Source of the DNA: Basidiobolus meristosporus CBS 931.73
Lineage: Eukaryota > Fungi > Basidiobolomycota
Assembly (NCBI GenBank): GCA_002104905.1
Contig: MCFE01000045.1
Coordinates: 1 to 64,000 of the forward strand
Direction: 5' to 3'
DNA: 64,000 nt
Below the pieces are notes generated by a model. The model was not told the DNA's origin. It saw only the letters and a program-made list of their open reading frames with translations, and made no database searches. Within the stretch, counting starts at the first letter, position 1. The number at the start of each line of letters is the position of its first letter. The position numbers were made by a program, and so were the translations under genes. This document shows, one piece after another, positions 1 to 11,533 of the stretch.

Positions 1-627
1 GTGGACTGGCGGTTACCTCCTCATAGATGTTGATGGTTTTGTTTCCATCAACATCTATGTCTGGGGTAAAGTAGGCATCAACATTCTCGTCAAAACTGTT
101 GTTGGCAATGCATGGAAACGTAAAGTACTGTGGATAGGCAGATACGATACGCTCAACTAGACCAAGCGTCTTGAATGAGCCATGAGTTAGAATACGCCTC
201 TGTATCACCTTTATGAAATTAGCCAACCGTGGAAACTTACATCTAGATAGCTAGCTTCTGTAGGGCCAACATTACCCACTCTATTCAGTGGGATTTCAAA
301 GAACTTGTCGTATTGGCTGAGGAGTCCCGCGCTGGTAGAGGATATATTTATCAGTACTTGAAAGCTGCACGTACTTCCAGTTCATTCTGTATTCGATACT
401 ACGCTCGGTTTCGATATTAACTAAACGAACAGAAATGATCAGTAAGCTCTCGTAGTGCTGCTACGAATGAAATGGCTCATACATGTGACTTTGTCTGGGA
501 AATAGTCGGTGGCTGGGTCATAATTCTCTACTGTGAATGATGGATCTACGATGTTCGAGGTGAGTACCTCACAAGAGACAGCAGTAAGGCCGAGGAAAGT
601 AAGAGTGCAAATGCTGAAGCAACGCAT
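1..627 (-). pseudogene. Periplasmic-binding-protein-like (CBA1/BtuF-like) paralog, copy 1; runs off window start; frameshifted
   Basis: Exon 1 627-483 (MRCFSICTLTFLGLTAVSC signal peptide), exon 2 420-241, exon 3 from 169 (TLGLVERIVSAYPQYFTFPCIANN). Exon 2 is 180 nt versus 194 nt in intact copy 3: a 14-nt deletion between two CAGCCA microhomologies near 314-319 shifts the frame. Confidence 0.8.
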
Positions 628-1858
628 GTGTATTGATGTTGGATGTTTCGTGATGCACACTTAAATAATATCTGGCCATTGTACATTCGAACACATTGGC
701 TGATCATCCAAAAATATGGACAAATAGGGCACTAACTATTGTGATCAAATTACTTACACAAGTAGCAAGATATCATCTGGCCATTTACACATTGGAACAC
801 ATTAGTTGATCCACCGGAAACATCCCACTAATTAGGATAGATTCCGTTGATGATGTGATGAAACAAGTTAGATACGTTTCTTTACGAGCCAATTGGGGCT
901 ACAAATCTTGCAAGCACCATTCGTGGATGTCAAATAACCATCTATGGAAAATCAATTCACTGCACCGAGGAACAACTTCCAAAAAGCTGACAGTTAATGA
1001 GATAGATTGGATGAATATCATAGTCATTGCCTTGGGTGAAAACGATTTGTGGTATAGCTTACAGCCTTCATCTAGATAAACGTCTACTTGCATTTCTGAA
1101 CTTATATGTACACTAGCTGTGGCCCTCTGCGACTACTGGGGCTTTTGCTGATATTTATAACGACTCTGGCTCTTTATACCTCAGGAAAGATTACGTACAA
1201 GCCTACCCGTTAGACTTATTTTACTCCCCTCAACTCAAATCATAGTATACCTCAGCTTAGAAGAAAAGCTCTGATAATATGCCTTCCGGTATGACATATG
1301 TGCCATCTCATTAATCCTTCCCCGCTAACTAAGCATCAAGAGGTGCTCCCATCCCAACATAAAGCCTCTTGGTAGATACGGCTGAACCCTAGCAAGTACA
1401 TAATCCGAGAACTAGCAATCCCATTCACACTCTCAATGGTAACCATGACAATGGGTGCAAAATTACATTTCACCATTGGTCCACCTCCTCTCAGCAACAT
1501 TGCTATTAGGTTGACATTCACCGAATCACTCAGACCAGCACAAACGCTATGGATAGGTTACTAAGTGAAATCATGATTACTAGGCTCGAGGACGTTTTGG
1601 GAGATACGGCTGGTACTACAACTGGGACTACCTGTTTGATAAATAAATGAATCAGTAATTTCATATCGCTGTGATACTTGTCCCCAACACGCACACACTA
1701 ATCTAGCTCAGAACTGTGCATAATGACAAGACTTGAATCCAGATCGTGAAATCAATGAGATCGCCATAATGTTACGATATAAAATTATTTATGAGATTGC
1801 CTTCGATTATAACCGGTTACCTACAGTAATAGTTGCTATATTGGTGATGTGTAATGCA

Positions 1859-3297
1859 CTAGCCCAAATAGGCAGCTACAACAGAAGCCAACCCGAAGTA
1901 AACAAGAGCTGAGCTGGGACTGAAAAGGCTAACCCCATCGTTGGTATCAGTCTTGATCTTGGCGTCACACTTGTATGCCACATTTGCAAGTGACGCCTTA
2001 GGATCGATACAAGTGCCTTGCTGCGTACCGTTCAGCTTCTCACTATCGAAAAGGTTACGCATCCAGTGGAAAGTGTAGTTACTCTTGAAGCCAGGGTGGA
2101 CCATATTCACTGTGTCTTGCAGTGCAGCATCAGCCATCACAACGGCATTGAAGAACCAATCGGCATCGCCACTCTTGGTTTGGGTTTTGTCTACGCGGTA
2201 TACTGCCTTGTTGCTGATGAACTTGTATTGTGTGTCAGCCACAGAAAGGTTGTACAGGTGCAGTACCTCATCAACCCTAGGATAGGTAATGTTCAGGTGA
2301 ATGAAACTTGACATATCTACTAAGATGTCTGCATCCTTGATGACTTCTAGGAATTCATTCAATGGATTCCCCAAAGCTGAAATACCATTGTTTTCCTCAA
2401 ACTCTATTATTGATTGTGCGCCACTATCCCGCATCAGATAGTGTAGGTAGTTTGGAGTGTAGAGAACGTATGATACTCCTGAGGTTAAATAATCGGTTAT
2501 ATAGACCCAAGCAATCTTTGGCGTTGTCTTAGCCGTCATCGACTGTACCTCGCTCTTGACGCAGTTATAGTTGCCCTCAATGTCCTGTGTGATCTTGTTG
2601 GCGGTCTTCTCCAGGTTAAAGAAAACTGAATAAGTCCTGAGCAAATCCGACCTCGTGAGTGGCCTGGACATCGTCAACTCATTGATGTTGATGGTATCGT
2701 TCCTATCAGCATTTACACCTGGGGCAAAGTAGGCTCCAACATTTGCACTTGAACTGTTGTTGGCTATACACGGGGATGTAAAGTATTGTGGTTCGACAGA
2801 TACGATACGTTCACCTAGGCCAAGCATCTAGAATAAGCATATGTCAGAAATTGCTACCAAGTCGATGTTATCAAATGAGCCATCAATGGTAACTCACATC
2901 TAAAAAGCTAGCCGCAGTCGAATTTGCAATGCTCACTCGATTCACGGGATTTCAAAGAACTTGTCATACTTGCTGACACGTTCCGGCTGAGGAGTCCCAC
3001 GCTGGTAGAGGATGTACCTGTTAGTCTGTGAAAGCTGCACATACTTCCAATTCATTCTGTATTCGATACGGCTCTCTGTTTCATTATTGACTAAGCGAAC
3101 GGAATGCATTAGTAAGCCATCTTAGTGTGAATACAAATGAAGTGGCTCGTACATGTGACTTTGTCTGGGAAATAGTCGGTGGCTGGGTCATAGCTCCCTA
3201 TCTTGGCTGAGGGATCTACGATGTTCGAGGTGAGTACCTCACAAGAGACAGCCGTAAGGCCAAGAAAAGTAAGAGTGCAAATGCTGAAGCAACGCAT
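1859..3297 (-). CDS. Periplasmic-binding-protein-like paralog, copy 2, with signal peptide and C-terminal GPI-type hydrophobic tail; one 1-nt frameshift in exon 2
   Basis: Exons 3297-3153, 3090-2898, 2827-1859 with GT..AG introns. Motifs YILYQRGTPQP, PLTRSDLLRTYSVFFNLEKTAN, PKIAW, DWFFNAVVMADAALQD resemble Fe/B12 substrate-binding proteins. Exon 2 is 193 nt (one base short, in a C run near 2945): a real frameshift or a sequencing error. Confidence 0.75.
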
Positions 3298-4939
3298 GTG
3301 TATTGATGTTGGATGTTTTGTGCTGCACATTTAAATAATAACTGGCCATTGTACAATCGAATACCTTGGCTGCTTATCCAGAGCCATCGCGCAAAGTAGG
3401 ATAGATCACACCAACTATTGTGCTCAAGTTAGTTACACAAGATCATTTACCACGAGGCATGGAACGCTTTGTATGTAACAATGTTGCTTCCATTCCTTAT
3501 CAGTGATGTTGTAGCAATTACATCACTATCACTGGTGAATACCAAACAATCTCAATATGGTAGATTGGTGCTTGGCATCGCTTTTCCAAATAATGGGTAA
3601 TTGGTTGGTCAGATTAAACAATATTCCAGTGTATAGTCACAGACAAAATATCCTGTGGAGACAGTATATTTGACCACCATTTTTGGTTCTACTCTACTGT
3701 TCACTTGCCGACAATTACCATTTCAAGTTCTTTATATCCAATTGTACTGATAGTATGCGTCGGCAATCTGATAATGTACAGGCGATGAGTGAGCAAATTC
3801 AAATCATTCATCATACCCTAAATGTAGAGGAAACTGAGTGCACCTACTGTGATGTTGTATTTATAAAAATTCAGGAAGAGAACTGTAGTTTGTGTAAATC
3901 CCCTTTTCGTTTCACATGGCTGCTGAAAAGAATGCAGTCATATCAACTGAATTCAACTGGGTGCCAAGAACTTCCCTATATTCGGCTTCGTGATATATAA
4001 GCTGTGTATAACAAATATCTGAATCCCTAGTCTGATCATATGCTCATCAAAAAGACAGGATCGTGTGATAAAACGCTGGTATATTGAATAGAAAACAACG
4101 AATTCATCGGAATACCGTCACTCGTCTTTACACCAGAGAATTGCCTGATGCAGATTAGCTCGCTAGGGATCATATACCGTTTTCATTAAACTGACTAGGC
4201 TTACCAAATCATATGATATATTCTAGTGCTATTACAAAAGTTTGTTCTGCTTTAAGCTAATGCCTCAGAACTCGAACTGGAATATGATCAGCCAACTAGC
4301 AAGCCCATTCCCTCTTCTACTAGCCACACTGGTCATGGGCGCTCAGCTGCAGTCTACCGCTGGCCCAGTCTCCTTCAGAAAGGTGGCCCTTCAGCGAGTC
4401 CCTTAGCCCAGCACAGAATCGTAATGATGGATATACCATCCGGGAGTTCAAGTCAAACAAGAAGGAAGACGCATCAAGGATCATGAGCCTTATTCTCCAG
4501 CAGATGACGAACAGCATGCAAAAGAAGGAGTATACCCCACTCTCGAACATGCTTGACATAGATGAGGCGAAGACTGGTACCGCCTCCGATCCGAAGGATC
4601 CCACTCTAGGCAGCAAAGGTGGAGATGAAGGTGAGGGTATTTCTGAGATGAACCCCGAGGAAGCTGAGCTTTGGGGCAATTATGGTCGCTGGAGACGTGA
4701 ATACTGGGAGATATGGTGGGTGTAGTCGGTGGGGAGGCAGAAGATATGGCGGGTGCTATGACTGGGACTGCTGATTTCATAAATAAATGAACCAGTCATT
4801 TCACTACACACTTGTGATGTTCCTTTCATCATGCTGGCAGTGCGGCATCCATACATCCACACATATCTATCTCGGATCAAAGAACAAAGACGATTCTCGA
4901 AATGAAATCATGAAATGTTGTTAGATTACCTTTGACATA

Positions 4940-5135
4940 TAGGTTAGATACAGTAATAGCCTGTACAGAGGCTGAGTTTGTATTGCAAAGCCAAGACCAT
5001 CACTGGTATTTATGCATCCAGTGGAAAATAGAATCACCTCGACGCCGCAGCTCCCACAACTAATCTTACTGTTATTGTGAGTACGCCACGCTATTTGAAT
5101 GTCAGGCTTAGTACTGGCGGTAATTGTCTGGTGTA
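4940..5135 (-). pseudogene. Heavily deleted remnant of a further PBP-like copy
   Basis: Fragments ITASTKPDIQIAW (cf. MTAKTTPKIAW), FHWM (catccagtggaaa shared with other copies) and INTSDGLGF (cf. TDTNDGVS), followed by the same 3' flank as the other copies. Confidence 0.6.
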
Positions 5136-5888
5136 TTACTTCTCCATATATTCGTCGCAGCAACAATACAATCCAAAGCTTTTTCGCAGGTCATGGTCTA
5201 TCAGATGCGTGAACAACACTGAGATATGAATATTCAATCCATCAAACCCCCGTCAATCTTTGCTACAGACCCAATTATATTCCAAATATCTCTACTTGAT
5301 TAAGGGTAGCTCATTGCCTTTGTCATGAGGGCCAATGCCGTGGAACCTGACCTGCGATAAGATCAGCCAACTAGCAATCCCACTCAACCTCCTTGGCCAC
5401 GGGTATTTCACTGCACTCCATAACTGACCAAGACACTCGAAAAGATATAGGCACCGAACCTGTATCTACCGATTCATTTAGTCCTACACAAAACCCCGAG
5501 GACGGATATATCCTCCGGGAGTCCCAGTTAAGCAAGATATGTCGAGGATCATGAACCTTACTTACCATCAAATGACTCAAAGCATGCAGAAGGAATTTAT
5601 AAATAGGAGAACTGATGATATCTCTGCTTCCAAGTATCCAACCATATACCACAAAAGCGACTCGAAGAATCCCAAGTAAACTGAATCATGAAGTTATTTG
5701 TTACTTTCTAAATAATTCGGCATTATGGTTGATCGTTTGATGGATACAGTGAGGTTAGATACAGTAGCAGGCACTATGGTGAATACATAAATTACACTAT
5801 TTCAGACAGGTAGCTGCAAGAGAAGCCAGCCCGAAGTAAGCAACAGTCGAACATAGATTAAAAAACCAATCCCATTGTTAGTAATTAT

Positions 5889-7232
5889 CTAGATCCTGGC
5901 ATCACATTTGTAGGCCACGTTTGCAAGTGGCGCCTTGGGATCAATACAAGTGCTGTGCTTCGGACCATCGAGCTTCTCATCGTCGAAAAGGCTACGCATC
6001 CAGTGGAAAGTGTAGTTACTCTTGAAGTCATGGTGAGCCATATTCACTGTGTCTTGCAGAGCAGCATCAGCCATCACAACTGCATTGAAGTACCAATCGA
6101 CATCACCGCCCTTGGTTTGTATTCTATCTACACGGTATACTGCCTTGTTGCTGATGAACTTATATTGTGTGTCAGCCACGGACAGGTTGTATAGTTGCAA
6201 TACCTCATCAACCGTAGGGTAGGTAATGTTCTGGTGAATGAAATCTGATATTTCCACTACAATGTCTGCGTCCTTGATGACATCTAGGAACTCATTCAAA
6301 TTTTTATATCCGTGAGCCAAAGCGCCGTTATCTTCGTCAAACTCTATTAATTGTGCGCCACTATCCTGCATCAGAGAGCCCAAGTAGCTCGTTGTGGAGT
6401 AAACGTAGTACACATCCGAGCCGTGATATTTGTAATAATCGGATCTATAGATCCAAGCAATCTTTGGCATTGTCTTGGCCTTCATCGACCCTACCTCGCT
6501 CTTAACGCAGTTATAGTTGTCCTCGATCTCCCGTGTGATCTTATTGGCGGTCTTCTCCAGGTTGAAGAAGACAGAATAAATTTTGAGTAAATCTGATCTC
6601 ACAAGTGGACTGTACCACGGATCCTCAGTAATGTGGATGGTTTTGTTCCCAACGATATATCTGTCTGGGGAAAAAAGTGCATCAACGTTTACCCCTGAAT
6701 TACTATTGGCAATGCACGGGGATGTGAGGTATTGTGGTTCGGCAGACACGATACGCTCACCTAGGCCTAGCATCTATGATAACCATGTGTCAGGAAATGC
6801 TTCTAAATCATTCGTATTAGTAAGAACTCACATCAAGATAGCTAACCGCAGTCGAGTTCACAACTTCCACTCGATTCAGCGGGATTTCAAAGAACTCGTC
6901 GTATTGGCTGATTCGCTCTGGTTGAGGAGTCCCACGCTGGTAGAGGATATACTTGTGAATACTTGAAAGCTGCACATACTTCCAGTTCATTCTGTATTCG
7001 ATACGGCTCTTTGTTGCATTGTTAACTAAATGGACGGAATGCATTAGTAGGTTATCTCAGTGTGAATACAAATGACGTGACTTGTACATGTGACTTTGTC
7101 TGGGAAATAGTCGGTGGCTGGGTCGTAATTCTCCACCCTGAAGGATGGATCTACGATGTTCGAGGTGAGTACCTCACAAGAGACAGCAGTAAGGCCGAGG
7201 AAAGTAAGAGTGCAAATGCTGAAGCAACGCAT
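5889..7232 (-). CDS. Periplasmic-binding-protein-like paralog, copy 3; intact 407-aa ORF lacking the C-terminal anchor tail
   Basis: Exons 7232-7088 (145 nt), 7025-6832 (194 nt), 6773-5889 (885 nt) total 1224 nt in frame. An AAG>TAG stop follows CDARI; the decayed tail is still readable at about 5790-5888. Confidence 0.85.
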
Positions 7233-7276
7233 GTGTATTGATGTTGGATGCTTCGTGCTGCACATTTAAATGCAAT

Positions 7277-7340
7277 CTGATCATTGTACATTCGAACACA
7301 TTGGCTGATCATTGTACATTCGAACACATTGGCTGATCAT
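7277..7340. repeat. 28-bp tandem duplication in the copy 3 promoter
   Basis: ctgatcattgtacattcgaacacattgg x2 plus ctgatcat. The motif cattgtacattcgaacacattggctgatc also occurs upstream of copy 1. Confidence 0.9.
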
Positions 7341-7755
7341 CCAGAACTATCGCAGAAATTAGGATAGATTGCACCAACTGTTGCGCCCCAATTAGTTACA
7401 CGAGATCATTTATCGCGAGGAAAAGAACACTCATATGTAACACTGTTGCTTCCACTCCCAACTTCATGATATCTCAGCCATATAGAGTGTCAGACCTGGC
7501 ATTGACGGTAAAAATACTTAGACTTGTAAGGTAGAAGGTATAGCGGGCTTCATAAACAAATGAACCAACAATTATTTCATAGCTATACATCCACATATAT
7601 CTATGCCGGACCAGTGAGCAAAGACAATGCTTGAGGAGAAGTTCGAAATTGTAGGGATGAACTACAATGATATTGCATTCAACTATTTATTAGATAACTT
7701 GAGACTAAAATAGCTTGATGCTGTGATAGACAGTATAGTGAAGACGCGTAATACC

Positions 7756-8202
7756 ATAGCCCAGATAGATGGCTACAATAGAAGCTGAAAACGAGTAAAC
7801 AAGAGCCGACCTTGAGTTGAAAAAGCCAACTCCATCATTAGTATCACACTTATAAACCAAGAAGCTGAAGTGGTACCATATTGCATTGAGAAGGCCGAGG
7901 AGTGCCGCGCTGATAAAAGATTCAAGTCTAATAGAAAAGCTGTAGATACTTCCAGCTCTTTTGGTAATAAATACGATTCTCCATTCGGGCGTCAACTAAA
8001 TGAATGGAATGGATCAGTAAGCTCACTTAGCGTTGCTACGAATTAAGTGACTCATACATGTGACTTTGTCTGGGAAATTGTTGGAGGCTGAGTCGTAAAG
8101 CTCTATCTTGAATGCTGGATCTACAATGTTGGAGGTGAGTTTCTTACAAGAAACGGTAGTAAGGCCGAGGAAAGGCAGAATGTAGGTGCATAAGCACCGT
8201 AT
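7756..8202 (-). pseudogene. PBP-like copy 4: start codon lost (ATG>ATA), exon 2 degenerate, nearly all of exon 3 deleted
   Basis: Exon-1 homolog IRCLCTYILPFLGLTTVSC...FPDKVT, a decayed exon 2, then a jump to YKCDTNDGVGFFNSRSALVYSFSASIVAIYLG. Confidence 0.8.
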
Positions 8203-9106
8203 GTGTACTGATGTTGTATGTAGTATGTTGAACACTTACATAACATCATAGCCTTCAAACACATTAGCTGATCCACAAGAAACGTCGGACAATTTAGACA
8301 TCAACTGCTGTGATCAAATGAGCTACATGAGTTTCTTTAACTATAGGCTAAGATCATATGCAAGTGACACTGTTGTTTGTTTTCCTTATCAGTGGTGTTA
8401 CGATCTCCAAATCAATACTACTGTTGGATAACAATCTCTATATGGTAGATCCGTACTTGACATTACTCTCTCAAATGAAAGAAATTTTGCTGGTCAGATA
8501 GAATGATATTATAGTGTGTAGTCGGATGCACCGTCCAGGAGCTCAAGTCAAGCAAGAAGGAAGACGCGTAACGAACCATGAGCCTTATTTACCACCAAAC
8601 GACAAGCAGCATGTACCAGAAGGAGTATTCTCCACTCTCAAACATACTTGACATTTAAAAGACAAGAGCTCATTCAGTCCTCGATACAGGGATACCACCA
8701 TCGACGACAAAAGTTGAGCGGAGGATAAGGGCAATTTTAAGGAAACATTACTAAGTGGGGAAGATACGGTCGCTGGAGACATGGTTACTAGGTTTGAGGA
8801 CGCCACGGGATATATACCAACTATGCTCGGTGGGAAGGTCGAGGGTATGGCAGGTTCAAAGACTGCTAGTTTGATAAGTGAACAAGCCAGTAATTCGGTA
8901 TAATCACTGTGATACTCTTTCGAACATGCTAGCAATACACTCACACAACACCAACTTAGAGTTGTGAATAATGACAAGACTTGAAGCCAGATCATGAAAT
9001 CAATGAGATCGACATAATGTTATGACTTACAATTATTTATTAGACTGCCTTCGATTATAATAGGTTACTGACAGTAATGGTAGACGTATTGATGATGTGT
9101 AATGCA

Positions 9107-10090
9107 CTAGCCCAAATAGGCAGCTACAACAGAAGCCAACCCGAAGTAAACAAGAGCTGAGCTTGGACTGAAAAAGCTGACCCCATCGTTAGTATCAGTC
9201 TTGATCTTGGCATCACACTTGTAGGCTACATTTGCGAGTGGTGCCTTGGGATCAGTACAAGTGCTTTGCTGCGTGCCATTAAGCTTTTCATCATCGAAGA
9301 GGTTACGCATCCAGTGGAAAGTGTAGTTACTCTTGAAGCCAGGGTGGACCATATTCACTGTGTCCTGCAGTGCAGCATCAGCCATCACAACGGCATTGAA
9401 GAACCAATCGGCATCGCCACTCTTGGTTTGGGTTCTGTCTACGCGGTATACTGCCTTGTTGCTGATGAACTTGTATTGTGTGTCAGCCACAGACAAGTTG
9501 TACAGTTGCAGTACCTCATCAACGGTAGGGTAGGTGATATTTTGGTAAATGAAACTTGACATCTCCACTATGATGTCTGCATCCTTGATGACTTCAAGGA
9601 ACTCATTTAATGAATATCCGAATGCTGTAATACTATAATTTTCCTCGAATTCCATCATTAGTTGAGCGCCACTATCCTTCGTCAAAGAGTATAAGTAGTT
9701 CGGAGTGTAGTAGACGTAGGATATGTTCGAGGAGAAGGTGTAGGCATCGGTTGTGTAGACCCAAGCAATCTTTGGCGTTGTCTTAGCCGTCATCGATTTT
9801 ACCTCGCTCTTGACGCAGTTGTAGTTGCCTTCAATGTCCTGTGTGATCTTGTTGGCAGTCTTTTCCAGGTTGAAGAAGACCGAATAAACTTTGAGTAGAT
9901 CTGATCTCATAACTGGAGTGTACCACGTATACTCAACAAGGTTGATGGTTTTGTTTCCATCGGCATATATGGATGGGGAAAAGAGTGCATCAACATTTGC
10001 ACTCGAACTGTTGTTGGCAATGCACGGGGATGTAAAGGATTGATTGCACATACTTCCAGTTCATTCTGTATTCGATACGACTCTCAGTTT
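9107..10090 (-). pseudogene. PBP-like copy 5: exon 3 almost intact with GPI-type tail, but 5'-truncated
   Basis: 314-aa ORF close to copy 2. Upstream, the start of exon 2 (ETESRIEYRMNWKYVQ) is fused out of frame to exon 3 near 10045. Exon 1 and the signal peptide are absent. Confidence 0.75.
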
Positions 10091-11240
10091 TTTGAGTTGC
10101 AGAGCTTGATAGTGGCTTGATCAATCACAATTCTTCATATCTAATCCAGAGAATTAAATATCACTGAATGTTCTCACCCACTGTGATAAGTGAGATACAT
10201 ATAACAAGTAGAAAGTACTACGTCATCTTCTGAGTGGCTCTTAGCTGTATACTGGCCATTTTTTGTTTAGTTGTATATTCCAATCAGGCTTGCAACCATT
10301 TGCTTCACATTTTTTGGCAGGTGGTAGAATCTCCTTGAGTTGATGTTGCTAAGGTTATATAATACTTTGTTGCACAGTTATGAGACTTAAACAGAGTGGT
10401 AGCACATCTAACAGCTTCATATTTAGCCCCTGGGACATTGATTTCAGTATCAAAACATTTGATATTACTATAGCATTCTTGCAATGGATTCTGTTGCACA
10501 TATCCATACTCCAGGTGGATATATATGTATTATATATCAATAGGATCCTTACAGTTGAAGGAGCTTGTTGCTGAGATCAAATTTGATTAATAGGTAGTCC
10601 AGAATGGCTGTTAACAGCTCCAGTATTTGCATTCTCAGCCTCATTTTGAGTGGCAACAGATTTTGGTAAAATCCTCCTCTGGCAATCATTGAATAATGAT
10701 CTATTTTTTTTGCAATTTAGGATTGTATCCTGTTCAAAGCTTGTCTAACAGTCAATTGTAGTCATATGAGTACATATAGTAATATATCTTGCAGTAGATC
10801 TGGACCCACAATTGCTGGAATTACGCAATTTTCTTCAGTAGTAGTAGAGATTTAGAAACTCTTAGCAGGCTTCTTTATATTTTAGCTATAGTAATTTTTA
10901 TAACTACTTTGCAAAATAAAGATTTCACCATAATGGCAACTCTTTCCTCCTCCCCCCCCCCTCTAAGGTTCTTGGCATCTACACCCTAGGCAATAACCCC
11001 CCCCTGCATTCTTGTAACCCACAATTGCAGGATAAAGAGAGGGGCTAATGGAGTTCTTCCACTTGACCTTTAGAATATGGATATTAGAACCACAAAAACA
11101 GAATTTTGCCTTCAGCCGTGTTAATACTATGAGCAATCAGCTACTTGCAAAAAGCAATGTTGAGCTACTACTTCCTAGAGACTGCCTTTAAAAACTGTGT
11201 ATTAGAGATCTTTAATGATTGGCTCTTGATTTCTGCGGAT
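10090..11240 (-). mobile_element. Degenerate AT-rich, CpG-depleted element, possibly the 3' part of a non-LTR retrotransposon
   Basis: About 4 CpG in 1.15 kb, stop-riddled frames, weak KVKWKNSISP and PLW*NLYFAK fragments. It begins where PBP copy 5 breaks off. Confidence 0.35.
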
Positions 11241-11533
11241 CAGACAGAAAATTCTAGTCTTATTAGTAATGATGATTGTTTCAACATTCGATTTTCTTGA
11301 TGGTTTAATAAAATATACAATTATGGAAGTAGCTGTGTTTGCTCATTGTTTGGATGATTTTCGAGGTTCTTGGCCTGCACAAACATTCATAGACATCATC
11401 AAATTTGGTTAGTCCCGTCTTTCTAATCTAATTAAATCCATTTTCATCCGCAGCACTCGCAAAGACCTCTTGGGCAAGTGGTTACACTGATATAAAAAGC
11501 GGATTCGAGCAAAACCTGATCAACATCCAAAAT

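Larger units (their letters stand above)
1335..9105. repeat. Repeated 3'-flank modules of the tandem unit (about 1335-1855, 4290-4940, 5360-5800, 7540-7750, 8520-9105)
   Basis: Shared strings such as ctagcaatcccatt, ataaataaatgaatcagt and atgagccttatt. 1711-1860 and 8961-9110 are nearly identical. Each module lies downstream of a gene copy. Confidence 0.75.

Noticed and set aside
1859-2827. Treating MLGLGERIVS as the protein start
   Set aside because: That ATG directly follows a splice acceptor; two upstream exons supply the signal peptide.
3683-4000. 105-aa ORF with two CxxC pairs
   Set aside because: Non-ATG start, AT-rich, no recognisable domain spacing or splice support.
7277-7340. 28-34-bp direct repeats (7277, 12503, 25636) as CRISPR-like arrays
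   Set aside because: Only two units each, no unique spacer series, no cas genes, eukaryotic context.
2018-9559. Plus-strand ORFs repeated at 2018, 5955 and 9266
   Set aside because: Antisense shadows of the PBP-like exon 3; they recur only because the gene is duplicated.
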